A DNA stretch of 64,000 nucleotides from the NCBI GenBank assembly GCA_964016885.1, contig OZ024740.1, positions 275,900,001-275,964,000 on the forward strand, in the 5' to 3' direction. Positions within the stretch are counted from its first letter, which is position 1; each line of letters opens with the position of its first letter. Under the pieces are notes generated by a model. That model had not been told where the DNA came from, made no database searches, and worked only from the letters and a program-made list of their open reading frames with translations. Origin of the DNA: Eledone cirrhosa (taxonomy: Eukaryota). Positions 1-13,512 of the stretch are shown here, piece after piece. A program made the translations under genes and the position numbers.

Positions 1-1934
1 TATGCATGTATGTATTATTTATATAGTTTGTTTTTTTGTTTGTTTTTTCTAAGACAGTAGGATATGAGTTGACAATGATTTGGCTGCTATTTCTACCAAG
101 TTGATTGACTATTTTGTTGCTGCACCGCTGGCCCGATCACCATATTGGTTTTACTTAGTGATGTCATTCATATTGACCCCAATCCCTTCCAGCCTTCTAA
201 CATAATTCATTGGCAATTAAAGTTGTTGTATTTTATATTTTAATATTTTCCAGTCTGAACATTTCTCTCTCTCTCTAAGTGGCTAACTATTGCCAAGTTG
301 GTCAGTAATTTGGTCAGATGTTTGATCAGCACTAGAGTTTAGTCATATAGGCTTAACGCCAGGATTCATTTCTTCCTTGTGCAGGAAATTAGGCGCAATT
401 CGCATATTATTATTGTTGTTATTGCTATTGTCATTATTGCTATTATTATTATTAATAATAATATCATTAATAGTATTTCATCTTTGTACTGTCTCTGAAA
501 CGCCTGGGGCTCTAATGATCAATAAAAGAAATGATAATAATTATGATTAATGACTGTTGAATAAATGAACGCTGCTTTCGGACCTTGTGTGAAATTGTAA
601 ATTTTACCTAAATTACTTAATAAATTTCATTTTTTTTTATTCTGTATCAATTTCATTAACAAAAAATTTAAAATCTTTTAAGCATCAACTCCATTACTTA
701 GGGTGGAAGAAATGATCTTCCTCAGACATGTTCTAATTCTATATAATTTTGGACGATAGCCATTTATATTGTTGCTTGTATTGCAAATTAATTACTTTTG
801 TGCTAGAGAGGAAGGGGGCTAGCCACAGTAGTACCAGCAGACTCAATATTGAACATTCTTTCATTTGATGTTTTTTTAATAAAAATAAGCATTTTGTGTG
901 ATATGTATGAAAGATAGCAGCTGCTTTAAAAATGCAGAGAAAGCCCTGTGCCTGGAACTCATGGAAGAGGCAGACCCAGGAAGACTCGGAATGAAGTTGT
1001 GAAGACCAAAAATATGACCATGAAACAAGCGTATTTAAATGCAAATATTAACGGTCATAATTTGAAAACAAAACTACATAGATAAAGAAAAGTGATGAAA
1101 ATATAAACTTAAGTACCTAAAGCAATGGAAACAATAGCACCAACAAGGTGGAGATGGAGAAATGTAGAAAATATATTTTAAGAAAAAAGTACCTCTTGGA
1201 GATTTAATAAAAGAAATGACAAAGAGGAAAGGAATGAACCTCAGTTTTCCAAAACGAAAAACAAGGAAAAGTTAAATGTCCTGGCTGCTATGTGACAGGC
1301 TGTATGCTTCATTAATCAAAGCAGTGCATATGGAAGTATGAGCCTGTTATCTAAACCTGGAAATGAGGCAAGGAAACATGCAGAGCTCACGTACTACATG
1401 CTTGATCATAGAATAGTGTTGTAGTGGTTGGCTTAAGGCCTAGAAAATTTGTCAACTTGGTTCCTTGGGTTGTGTGTGTTGATGTCAACTTTTGGCCTGC
1501 TCTCCCTTTTGTATCATAGACCAAGTGGTTGATAAGCACAGAGTTGATCTACAAGGACTCACACAACTAACATGTTAATGCTATACAAACCACACATCAC
1601 ACATCTGACAGAGAGAGACACAACACAGATTATGCAGTACACATGGAACATACTCACTTCTCAATAAAATAGCACAACTCACTCTACACATACCCTAAAC
1701 AATAGAACAAACTATAAATTAATCCCAGAAAGAGTAAGCCATACCCCATCACAAAACAAAATGAGCTGTACATCCCTCATAAAAAATATAAACATTAAGG
1801 CTGTACACATTTCAGGAACACTTCCTGCATAGAAACTCACACGAACCTGTTGAAGAAATGATAATAACAATAAATTATTTATTATAAGAATTGATAGAGC
1901 ATTGTACAAAATACTTTGCATTAGTTGTTTCAGT

Positions 1935-3100
1935 CGTGGATTGGCAGTATCAGTGGAGGGTCGGACGCCATGCTTTCCAGCATAGTTACGTCCCTTTATG
2001 GTCTGTGTTCAAATCTCGCCGAAGTTGACTTTGCCTTTCATCCTTACGGGGTCGATAAAATAAAGTACCAGTAATGCACTGGGTAATTGCTGGCCTTGTG
2101 CCTAAAGTAGAAACAATTATTTGTTTCAGTAGAGGATTGGACGCCATGCCTTGCAGCATAGAGTTACGGCTCTGAGTTCAAATCCCACCGAGGTTAACTT
2201 TGCTTTTAATCCTTACAGGTTCGATAAAATAAAGTACCAGTAATGCACTGGGATAATTGCAGGCTTTGTGCCAAAAGTAGAAACAATAATTTGTTTTGAT
2301 GCTTTGTGTATTAAGTTGAAATGATAATAATTGTTTCTACTTTACGCACAAGGCCAGCAATTACCCAGTACATTACTGGTACTTTATTTTATCGACCCCG
2401 TAAGGATGAAAGGCAAAGTTAACCTCGGCGGGATTTGAACTCAGACTGTAAATGTTGAAATGATAATAATAGTATCTGATATAGGTACAAGGCCAATACA
2501 TTTGGGAGGAGGGGAAAGTCGATTAAATTGACCCCATTATATTAAGGTACTTTATTTTATCAATGACATAATGATGAAAGACAAAGCTAACTTTGGTGGG
2601 TTTGGAATTCAGAATGTAATGGGCCGTAACTCTATACCATAAATCATGTTGTCCAATGCTCTATCAATACTGCCAATCTACTGCACACTTTTGAAATGAT
2701 AATAATATTGATTTCTGCTATAGGCACTAGGCCAGCAATTTTGGGGGAGGGGAAAGTCGATTAAATCAACCCCAGTACATTACTGGTGCTATATTTTATC
2801 GACCCCATAAGGATGAAAGGTACAGCTGTAAAGAACTCAGAATGTAAAGTGCCGTAACTCTATGCTGACGATTTACTGATACTGCCAATCCACCACCCTC
2901 TTTTTAAATGATAATAAATTAGTTATCATAAGAATTGATAGAACAATGAACAATACATTGCATTATTTGTTCCCGTGCCATTCTGAGTTCAAATCCCGCC
3001 AAGGTTAACTTTGCCTTTCATCCTTATGGGGTCGATAAAATAAAGTACCAGTAATACACTGGGTAATTGCTGGCCTTGTGCCAAAAGTAGAAACAATTAT
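1935..3100. mobile_element. Cluster of six copies of a tRNA-derived SINE (three +, three -)
   Basis: A-box-like TGGCAGTATCGGTAGA and B-box GAGTTCAAATCCC, central ...TTGCCTTTCATCCTTACGGGGTCGATAAAATAAAGTACCAG..., 3' end GGCCTTGTGCCAAAAGTAGAAAC(AAT)n. Resembles octopus OK/OR-type or Meta-domain SINEs (family name from memory, unverified). Confidence 0.9.
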
Positions 3101-3929
3101 TTGTTTTGATGCTTTGTGCACTTAGTTGAAACCTTGTTTAGTTCAATTTTAACTTTTCATTTTTTGTTCAATAAAATTTGGTACTATGAAGTACTGAGAT
3201 CAAACTAATTGACTAACCACTCCTACCAAATGTCTGTCTTTGTGTCTATGCTAGAAACAATATCATTATTCTTGATATTGGTTACAGTACAAATAGTCAT
3301 GGTGATAGCCATTATAGTGATGTTATAAACCATTACACATTGTATTGGTGATGGTGTCATGATGAGGGTGTATAAAGTAGAGAGTAAGGAGCTAATATAC
3401 TAATTGTACAGACGTAACAGTAGGACACAGAAACTAACTTCAATTTCCAAACTCAACATTATTAACCTCATCATTATTACCATTATTACAACCACCACCA
3501 CCACCACCACCACCACCACCACCACCACTACCACCATCTTCATTATTATAAATGCCATGATTATTTTGTTGCTCTTGTCATCAATCAAGATGGTTTAATG
3601 ACAGAAATGATAGTGTCTGATGTAATGACTTTTGGCTTTTAGATTTTTTCTATCTAATTATTGAAATAAAATTTCACTATAGAAGTGGTAGATGTTGTTT
3701 TGCCTCAGAGCAATGTTGATGCAGAAGAGCTATGATCAAAAACATTTCACTAACACCATCCCACGTCTCTCTATTGGACCACGTTATTAGATTTGTCTTT
3801 CCTTTTGTTGATTGTGTGATTGTAATTTGTGGAGGGAATTTGTTGCTACTTCTAGCAGGTTAAATGATCATGCAGAGGCTAATTTAATAGTTTGTTATCT
3901 GGATCAGGCATTTTATAAAAATAAGGCAT

Positions 3930-4340
3930 AAAAAACTTATGTGATGCTTGTGTGTAAACTGCAATGCTGCTTGGCAGTGAAACATCGATCATGACCACAG
4001 AATATCTGCAAAGGCTAGAAAGAAATGAACTGAGTATGCTCTGATGGATGTGTAATGTTAGTGTGCATGGGCAGCATAACATAAGTGAGATGAGGGAAAA
4101 ATTTGGCATAAGAAAAATTGGATGTAGTGAGGAAGAGAGAAGACTGTGTTGGTATGGACATGTTATGTGTATGAAAGATAGAAGCTGCTTTAAAAAGGCA
4201 GAGAAACCCCATTGGCTGGAACCTGTGGAAGAGGAAAACACAGGAAGTCTTGAGATAAAGTTGTGGAGACCAATCTTAAAAAAAACAAGCCCAACAACAG
4301 AGGGCTGGTGCTATGCTGTGCTGTTGAAGACTCTGCCAAC
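3930..4340 (+). mobile_element. Degenerate RTE-clade LINE ORF2 C-terminal fragment
   Basis: Translation WMCNVSV...REKFGIRKI...RRLCWYGHVM matches the RTE C-terminal RRLxWxGHVxR motif; contains stops. Confidence 0.7.
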
Positions 4341-5467
4341 AGCATGCAATGCGATCTGACTTATCCCTGTGTCCTCCCACTTCCCCTAGCACTCCCTAGC
4401 AACTATCCTTACCTTTACTACATACTCCTATTTCCTCTATGCCCATCCAGTTTTTACTCCTTAGCTTCTGCCCCCACTAAAACCATTAAATACCTTCATT
4501 ATTGCACATTAGTAGCTACTCTCTTTAACCCTATGCATCCAATCCATGCCCCCCCCCCCCCCTCCTATCACTCCTTATCTATTCACTCCATCACTACACA
4601 TCCCCACTCAAGCACTAATGCTCCCCCACCCCATCTGTCTCCACTTTGGTGTTCTCACAATTGCATCTCTTTCGCCACTCATCACCCTGTTAAATCACAC
4701 CACACTTGCCATAACTTCCTACTCATCTCTCTCCTATCACTCCTCTCAACCCAACCAGACACATGAAACAGAGAGGGCTCTTCCATTGGGACAAAGACCA
4801 AAAACCTCTTTAGTGTTGGTGCCACAAAATGCACCAGATACACTCTTTAAGGTGATTGCTGACAGAAAGAGTACACCACTGTAGAGGCCATGTCCCCACC
4901 CCCAAAGGGTTGTGAGGATCTTTCAGTTGTGTCATGGTGTGACAACCTCTCTAGTATTGGTAATATACATGATAATCACACCCAGAACATGCTGTAAAGA
5001 GGTTGGTGATAGGAGGAGCATCAAGCAATAGAAAACTTATGAAACAAAGGGATAGGAGCATCATTCAGCTGTGTCAAGGACATGACAGCCTCTCTAGTCC
5101 TGGTGTCCAGGTAATCTACTTGATAAACGCACCCAGCACATCTATGAAGGGCATCCAACTGTAGAAAGCTTGCAAAATAAAAGGTTGGGAAGACACTTCA
5201 GCTGTGTCAAAAACATGAAAACCTCTCCTGTGCACCTGATAGACTGTAAGGCCATCTCTTAGTGAAGTGCGGCTCCTCAGCCTGTCTAGAAGGTCAGTAG
5301 CATCACTCAAGAAGAGTTGAAATTAAAGCATGCAAGATTTCACAGATCTACTATCAGTCCTTCATAGTCACCCTATGAACTTTTCAGCTGACACCTCATA
5401 AGTGATTTGACAAGAATTTCCTTGAGAATTTATAGTTTTATCATAATCTATTCATAATATCATAAAT

Positions 5468-5642
5468 TATCAGTAGAGGGTTTGACGCCATGCTTTGCAG
5501 CAAAGAGTTACATCCCTTTATGGTCTGAGTTCAAATCCCACCGAGGTTAACTTTGCTTTTCATCCTTATGGGGTCGATAAAATAAAGTACCAGTAATACA
5601 CTGGGATAATTGCTGGCCTTGTGCCAAAAGTAGAAACAATTA
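5468..5642 (+). mobile_element. tRNA-derived SINE copy
   Basis: Same consensus as the 1935-3100 cluster. Confidence 0.9.
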
Positions 5643-6513
5643 TTCAAATTACTACTGGACTTTTGAAACAGAATCGTCATTTAATGCTGGTTCTTTATTA
5701 TATATTGTCAATTACGATTTTATTTGATGTATCTTCTCTACATGTATATATATACCTGCTTATAATATCAATATACACACAACACATGCTAGCAGAAAAC
5801 CATCCGCAGGGTGGTTTTTCTGCTAGTTTTAAATAATGTTTTCTGATCCTCATTTCATTTCCTTTTTCTCATATTATTAATTCCTCGTTACATTCCTTTG
5901 TATTACTTCTCCTTTTTCATCAGTTATTTCAAAGCTGCTATTTTGGTTTCTGCTAGTTTACGTTAAAAGTTTTCTGAAAGTGTATTTTAAGTTAGATTCT
6001 TTCATGTTTTTCAAACTATCTGATACTCTGGGTCTTGATTTGAATTTGTTGCTTTTGCCATTCTCTTATTTCTAGGTTATACCTTTTGGTTTTTTTATTC
6101 TTATTTATCTGTTTATTTTTCTTTTGCCAAACAGGAATTTGGGAATTTTCAGAGTGATTATAAGTTGTTTTTCTTGCCAAAAACTGCATGTATATTTGTT
6201 TTAGGAGAAACAGATATCTTATCTGTTATATATTGTCATCACTGTATTGCTTTCGATGATGATTTTCTTGGGAGTGTTTTGGTTTTGAAATTCTATATTT
6301 GAACTTGTTTGGTAAGCCAAAAGATTTATTCCAGCAATATACATACCTCTTTCACAAGAATTTCCTTGAGAATTTATAGTTTTATCTTAATCTATTCATA
6401 ATATCATAAATTATTGTAGGCTGCTCCCAAATTTCATTTGTTATAAATAATTTCAATATGGCTAAATATTCACTCACAAATTATTGACATTTTCTATTGT
6501 TATATTATGATTA

Positions 6514-6703
6514 AGGGCGGTGGAGTGGCAGTATCGGTTGAGGGTCTTACACCATGCTTTGCAGCAAAAAGTTACAGCCCTTTTTGGTCTGAGTTCAAAT
6601 CCCGCCAAGGTTAACTTTGCCTTTCATCCTTATGGGGTTGATAAAATAAAGCACCAGTAATACATTGAGATAATTGCTGGCCTTGTGCCAAATGTAGAAA
6701 CAG
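6514..6703 (+). mobile_element. Full-length tRNA-derived SINE with TSD-like flanks
   Basis: GGGCGGTGGAGTGGCAGTATCGG...GTAGAAAC, with TATGATTAAG on both sides. Confidence 0.9.
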
Positions 6704-7719
6704 TTATAATATGATTAAGAATTGAACTTTCTATATTCTAGAAGTTGATATAGTTCATTTAAAAAAAAAAGATATTATTAAAATATGCATCTCTTTCACC
6801 TCTAGTTCTGCATTGTAGTTGGTATTTTAGTTATGAAGTATGCTTGCTTCTTGTGACGACATGTGTTTGTTTTCTTCTATTTCTTCTATATTTTTATTAC
6901 CCTTCACCATTTCTTGTTATTCTTCATGATTTCATATGTTTTTTCAATTAGTTTTCCAGCTTCGTTTTCTGTTACCTTTTACCTGTCTATTAAGAAATAT
7001 GCGCGTGTGTGTATGTGTTTGTGTATGCGTGTGCATCTGTGTCTCTGTGTGTATGTGTGTGTGTGTGTGAATCTGTGTCTCTGTGTGTATGTGTGTGCGT
7101 GTGTGTGTATGCGTGTGTGTGTGTTTGTATGTATTAGTAAACACATTTTTGCCTAAAATGTTTTGTTCAGGTACATACCTTTCCTTATCATATTGTGTTT
7201 GGATTACTGCTCTCAGGTGTTATCCAAATACAATATGAATATATACAAGTCTTTGCACAGCAATTTCTTATTGTTTTGCTTTATGCTTTGACGTCTGAAC
7301 AATTAGAGTCGGATATGGCTGTTTCAGATTTTCACTCAGTTAGGGGTCTTTTTCTTTTTCTTATCACAAGAGATAAAGTGGGTTTTGGTTTACTAAGATG
7401 CTAGGGGCAATTAATCAACTGTATCCCTTCTTCATAGATAACTGACCTTGGTTATTTTTAATTATCATAGAAATTGCTTGATCATTATCATTTATTATCA
7501 ATATGTTACACATACAAGACGAAATAGTCAAGACCAGGTTTGTTTTACTTAATTTTGACCTTTATAAGAAGCAACTTTAGCTGTACTATTGGAAAAAGGC
7601 ATGAATGAACACACTTATCATTTTTGTCCTCCTACATGACTACGATAAACATATAGTCAGATTGTTTTCACTATACAGTTCAGAATAAGGTTTTGACTAT
7701 ATATTTCAGAATCCTGGAC

Positions 7720-8050
7720 TCTCAATGTTACTCTTCAAGATGTTACGAGTGGTGTTCAACATTTCATGGCAAAGTCCCACTACCAACAAAGTTCTTTTTG
7801 TTGATCTCCTATGAGTTTCATTGAAAGTTTTATGGTCATGTTTCCTACCATATGAACCTGCATGGAAACTCCTTCTCTGGTCACAAGATCCAAAGTGCCG
7901 AATAGGACATCCAAACATTACTATCAGGACTCTGTTGGTGAGGGACACTTGTCTCACTGGACAGGATCTTCTTACTGAAATGAGAAATCAGAAAGCCTGG
8001 AACAAGATCTTTGTATATGCTTCACCTTCGATGGAGTAATGTCTCAAGAA
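7720..8050 (+). mobile_element. Highly degenerate RTE-like LINE 3' fragment
   Basis: KMLRVVFNISWQ and KLLLW motifs resemble the better-preserved copy at 26355-26740. Confidence 0.45.
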
Positions 8051-8390
8051 GAGAAAAAGATTAAACTAAATATTGCTAAATATCAATTTCTACCATAATC
8101 ACACCAATGTCACAGATATCAATAACATCAAAAACAACAATAACAACAAACATTTCTAATTAAGACACAAGGGAAGCAATTTGGGGGAAGGTAAAGTCGA
8201 TTGAATTGATCCCAGTACTTGACTGGCATTGTATTTAACCACCCCACATGGATAAAAAGTAAAGTTGAACTGAGTGAGATTTGAACTTAGAACATAAAAG
8301 CAAAAACCAGAAATACTTTTTTCAACACTAATGATTCTGCCAATCCCTTGCCTTTACAGCAACAACAACAACATCTTTATTATTATTTAT

Positions 8391-8441
<51 letters not shown>

Positions 8442-8546
8442 AGCTTGACTAAGCAGGTTATAATATTTAAATCTTCATCCCTTTCCACTCAAATTTATAC
8501 TCAGACGTTAGAGAGATGAGAAATGCATTATATATATATGTAGGTA

Positions 8547-8811
8547 TGCAAAAGTCAGCTCAAAAGTGACACAGAAGAGACTGAGGTTAGCTGGACATAT
8601 TCACTGACATCCAGAGTTGACATTGCACTCAGTGCTCCTGTGGGAGCCCCTACATGGACACACTGGAAGAGGAAGACCAAGGTTAACGTAAGTTGATGCC
8701 CTAAGGACAGACACTGGTCTGTTGGAGACGCGGGACATGGCAGTGATAATGAGGGACAGAGACCGCTGGAGAGAACTCGTCATTGGTTCTCGGGAATTTT
8801 ACCCACCCTAG

Positions 8812-8812
<1 letters not shown>
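8547..8812 (+). mobile_element. RTE-like LINE 3' end inserted in (TA)n
   Basis: Close match to 26465-26728 (RRLRLAGH...LLWEP.HG...RGRP...YVD); ends CCCTAGA(TA)n. Confidence 0.8.
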
Positions 8813-8842
<30 letters not shown>

Positions 8843-8892
8843 AGGAAATGTGGTAAGGAACCAGATGGACCATAACGCACCAAAGTACTCAA

Positions 8893-9539
8893 TATAAAGA
8901 ATTAGTATATCTACCAACATATTTATACAGAAGTATACTTATGGTAGCAAGATATAGGTTTTGTCTTAGTAACTTTGTGGTTCAATACAAAAATCTAGAA
9001 CAATTATATGAAAGACGTAAAATAAGAAAATTATAATAATTAACTTACTTAAGTTTCACTCCAACTAATTAGTTTCTGAAAGGGGATATACATAGTGCTC
9101 AAAACCATGGAGAATTCCTTTCTTCACCAGGGAGTCAATTCTCGGCTAAGATCCCTGGCAATAGGCGGACACAGGGAGTTCAAACAAAAATAATTCAGTG
9201 AATGGAAAAAGAAGCAAGCGCGGACTAAATTTCAAGACACTGAAAATTTCACTACCTTCCCGGTCAGTGGCAAATTCAAAAGAATCAATCACGTGACATC
9301 GAGGTTAATCAGTGAGGAGTGGGGTGTTAAAAAGACAGTAGCCAAAATATTATTATGAATCATAGTAGTAATTCAGGCAAATTTTTGCTCAACAAATAAT
9401 TTGGAGATAATTATAAAGAATTAATATATCTACCAACATATTTATACAGAAGTATACTTATGCTAGCAAGATATAGGTTTTGTCTAAGTAACTTTGTGGT
9501 TTAATACAAAAATGTAGAACAATTATATGAAAGACGTAT
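8893..9539 (-). mobile_element. Retrozyme-like family I, divergent member: about 1.25 tandem copies of a ~519-nt monomer
   Basis: 8893-9018 recurs at 9412-9539 (offset 519). Homologous throughout to the 558-nt array at 62551-63877. Carries an HHR on the minus strand. Confidence 0.8.
9058..9135 (-). ncRNA. Type I hammerhead ribozyme (family I, core A6G mutant)
   Basis: Minus strand: ACUCC-CUGGUGA-a GAAAGG...CCUUUC a-GAAA-CUAAUUAG-UU^GGAGU. Confidence 0.75.
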
Positions 9540-9904
9540 AAATATGCTTCTTTTGATAGGTTGGGGACAAATAATGTTCTTCTTTTACTTCCTAGCTGTA
9601 TATTCTTAGCATAATTTCAAACCCCGAGCAACGCTACTAGTATATATATAAAAGCGAGGATGTATGTGTGTCTGTGGACAACTTTGGACACCTAAGGCTT
9701 TTACAATTCCCAACCGAATTTGACTAAATTTTCTGTGCACGTTGCACCTGTCGCTAGGATGGTCACATCACAAAAAGTTTTCAAATCGACTCATGTTGAG
9801 CAATAGAAAATCGATAACAAAATTATCTATATATATAAAAGCGAGGATGTGTGTGTACAGAGTATGAAAGACCACATGGGTCAGAATCAGTGGTAGAGGA
9901 AACA

Positions 9905-9915
9905 CTGAGAGAGCG

Positions 9916-9980
<65 letters not shown>

Positions 9981-10720
9981 ATGGTAGAGAGGGAGAGGGG
10001 GAGATATAGTACAGACGGAGAGAGAGGAGATATGTTACAGAGAGAGAGAGAGAGAGAGAGGAGATATGGTACACAGAGAGAGGGAGAGAGAAGATATGGT
10101 ACAGAGGGAGAGAGAGAGAGAGAGGAGAGATATGTTATAAAGTGAGAGAGAAGAGATATGGTATAAAGAGAGTGAGAGAAGGGAGATATGATACAGAGAA
10201 ACAGAGGGAGAAAGAGGAGATATGGTAAAAAGAGACAGAGGGGGAGAGAGATGAGATACGGTACAGAGAGAGAGAAAGGGGGAGATATGATACAAATAGA
10301 GAGAGAGAGAGTGAGAGAGCGCGAGAGCGAGAGAGAGTGAGAGAGCGCGAGAGCGAGAGAAGAGATATGGTATAAAAAGGGACAGAGAGGGAGATGAGAT
10401 ACAAAGAGAGAAAGAAAGAGAGGAGTGATACAAAATAGTGAGAGCGCAAAGCCAAAATTAATAGAGAGAGGAAGGGGTAGATGAAATATAAAGAGAGGGA
10501 AAAAGAGACAGAGAGAGAGGGTGAGAAAGAGAAAGAGAGGAGAAATGACACAAACAGAGAGAGATGGGGAAAATAAGATATAAAAAGAAAGAAAGAGAGA
10601 GAGAACATAACAGAAAGAAAGAGACGGAGTAAGTAAGAGTGGCGAAAGAGGTAGGAAGATACGTTGAAGGGGAGGAGAAAAAAGTAGAGGAGTGAAGAGA
10701 GGAAAAAATTATGGAAGCCA
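9905..10720 (+). repeat. (GA)n-rich degenerate minisatellite inside the Helitron
   Basis: Repeated GAGAGGAGATATGGTACAGAGAG units. Confidence 0.9.
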
Positions 10721-11334
10721 GTTAGGACAAGTAATTGTACACAAATCTAAGATGGTCACATCACAAAAAATTTTCAAATCGACCCACCTTGAACAATAAA
10801 AAATCGATAACAATAATATTAAGTGCTGTATTCGTACACATCAAACTTTATTGACAATGAAGGAACATACTGAACAGGATGTAGTTATTCAAAGGATTTT
10901 TTAAGTTTTGCCAGTATATTTTTAATTTTACCGTAACGCTTCAATTCATACATTTTGACTTGACAATTTAAATTAAACGATTTAATTAAGAACTTAATTT
11001 CTGCTGATCATGAGCAAATTATTTTATGAAAAATGCGTACTATAAGGGAGATAACAATGAAGACAAAATCCTTATGGGATTTTCCATGCAAATTAAAAGT
11101 TGCAATTACTTTTACATTTTTCGAGCTTTTTTTACCAAATGTGAGGCAGGCATTGCCTATGCCGTCGAGGTAATACATGAAGATTATTTTTTCTAAAGTG
11201 TATGCTGTAAGGGAGAAATCAATCTAAAAACAATCCTTATGGGACTTTCCATTCAAACCGTTGGGACCTACAACTTTTACATTTTTAAAGTAATTTCGTC
11301 CACATTTGAGGTAGGCACTATCTATGCTTCCAGC

Positions 11335-12781
11335 TGTATTCGTGATCCTCTGTCCTTGTGGATGAAATATAGGGATGAACTAACAAACGACTATTGCTGC
11401 TTCCAGAAATAGAGGTCGGCTTTAGTAATGAATTATACAACAGAGCTCTCATTGATATTGAGGACAAGTTAGTTCTGATTGCAGGAAAGGTTTTACGTGA
11501 CTACGGTTTACCAGAAACTCATCGCACGGACTCAAACAAACTTCCCACAGATATCAGACAGGAGACTTCTTATGACATCCATGATCTTGGCCTGTATGTC
11601 ACAGATAATGAGCCAAAACTTCTAGCTGATCAGCGACTGGCTTATACCTCCATTACTGGATCGCTATTTCAAAGAAGAGGTGGCATATTTTTCCTCGATT
11701 CTCCAGAGGAGGGGGGGGGGGGGGGGCAGGAAAAACTCTCGTTACTAAACTTCTTGCAACGGTTAGACAGAATAAGGACATAGCAATAGCAGTTGCGTCC
11801 TCTGGAATCGCAGCAACTTTGCTCCCTGGTGGAAGGACGGCACATTCAGTTTTTAAATTGCCCCTTGATTTGGCAAAATTGGAAACTCCTACTTGTCATA
11901 TCACCAAAGACTCCGAAATGGGTTATCTGCTGCGAAGGTGTCACCTTATTGTTTGGGATGAGTGCACAATGGCGCACAAAGGTGCTCTTGAGGCACTATA
12001 CAGGTCTTTGCAAGACATACGGGATTGCAGTGATGTTATGGGGGGGGGGGGGTCACCCTTCTGCTATCAGGAGACTTCAGACAGATTCTTCCTATAATAC
12101 CAAAAGGAACAAGAGCAGATGCGGTAAATGCATGTCTTAAGTCTTCACCATTGTGGCGACATGTGACATCATTAAGACTAACTACCAACATGCGTGCAAG
12201 GTTGCATGGGGACCTTCTGTCATCAACATTTTCTGGAGACATTCTTACAATAGGAGTTGGTAATCTACCTCCGGATACAGATGGACACATAGCAATTGAT
12301 CACATCTGCAATGTAGTTGAACTGTCGATGATCTCAAAGCGAGTGTATTGCCGAACTTGAATGATAACTATACGAGGAAACGCCAGTTATTTTGCTGAGA
12401 AATATCACTCCTCCAAAACTATGCAATGGTACACGCCTTGTGGTTAAAAAACTGTCTCCACTTAGTATTGACGCTACCATTCTATCTGGATGTGGAAAAG
12501 GCGAGGATGAGATAATTACAAAAATTAGCCTGACTATATCAGGCGTGGATACTCCCATCTCCTTTCGCCGAACCCAATTTCCCCTTCGTGTTGCCTTTGC
12601 GATGTCCATAAACAAGTCGCAAGGTCAAACTCTGTCCGTCGCTGGAATTCACTTGGATGAACCTTGCTTTTCGCACAGACAATTCTACGTTGCCTGCCCA
12701 CGAGTTGGCAGTCGAGATAATCTCTTTGTGTTTGTTCCGAAAAGAAAAACAAAGAATATCGTCTATCCTGAAGTGCTTTAG
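11335..12781 (+). pseudogene. Helitron PIF1-family helicase, frameshifted and deleted
   Basis: FFLDSP..G.GK (Walker A, broken in a G run), ASSGIAATLLPGGRTAHSVFKLP, LIVWDECTM, GDFRQILP, LRNITPPKLCNGTRL, QFPLRVAFAMSINKSQGQTL, FSHRQFYVACPRV, KTKNIVYPEVL*. Confidence 0.92.
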
Positions 12782-13319
12782 TGTTAAGAAAAACACTTAT
12801 TACAGCTCTGCCTTGACTTCACCTTACTCATTACAAAACATACCAATGAATATGTCATGCAGGATATTTTGGATTATAAGTTCAAAAGGATGCTCTCAAA
12901 GAATAGCTTTTCTCTTATTCTACTCTCATTGTTTTTTTGTTTGTATACAACTCTGCTTTCATTGCAACTTTTTGTACTTTGGCAAAACTGTCTGTTCTTT
13001 TACAGATTTTCAACGTGTATTGTCTTTAATCATTTGTATAACTACACCCTGTTCAGTGTTTTCATTCATTATCGGCATAGTTTTATGTGTACAAAGATTG
13101 CACTAAATATTCGTTTGCATTAATTATTGAATTTGACAGGTTGGGGACAAATAATTTTCTTCTTTTACTTCCTAGCTGTATATTCTTAGCATAATTTCAA
13201 ACCCCGGGCAACGCCGGGTAAATCTGCTAGTATATAAATATAGTAAAATTTTAAAAAACATTAATTTATACATAGTTTATATATAAATTAACGATTTTAT
13301 TTATTATATATTATTTATA

Positions 13320-13512
13320 AGGGCAGTGGGTTGGCAGTATCAGTAGACGGTCGGATGCCTTTCTTTTTCAGCATAGAGTTATGCCCCTTTATGATCTGAG
13401 TTCAAATCCCGCCGAGGTTAGTTTTGCCTTTCATCCTTACGGGGTCGATAAATAAAGTACCAGTAATGTACTGGGGAAATTGCTGGCCTTGTGCCAAGAG
13501 TAGAAACAATTA
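13320..13512 (+). mobile_element. tRNA-derived SINE with TSD TTATTTATAA
   Basis: Consensus match and duplicated flank. Confidence 0.9.

Larger units (their letters stand above)
9556..13230 (+). mobile_element. Helitron derivative with head-to-tail junction, duplicated 5' end and helicase remnant
   Basis: 3' hairpin CCCGG-GCAACG-CCGGG then CTAG|T at 13227-13230. A second 3' end (9556-9640, ...CTAG) abuts a 5' end TATATATATAAAAGCGAGGATG, repeated as TCTATATATATAAAAGCGAGGATG at 9826. No Rep domain seen. Confidence 0.85.

Noticed and set aside
5411-6415. 60-bp direct repeat (5411-5470 and 6355-6414)
   Set aside because: No terminal structures or ribozyme; probably a local duplication.
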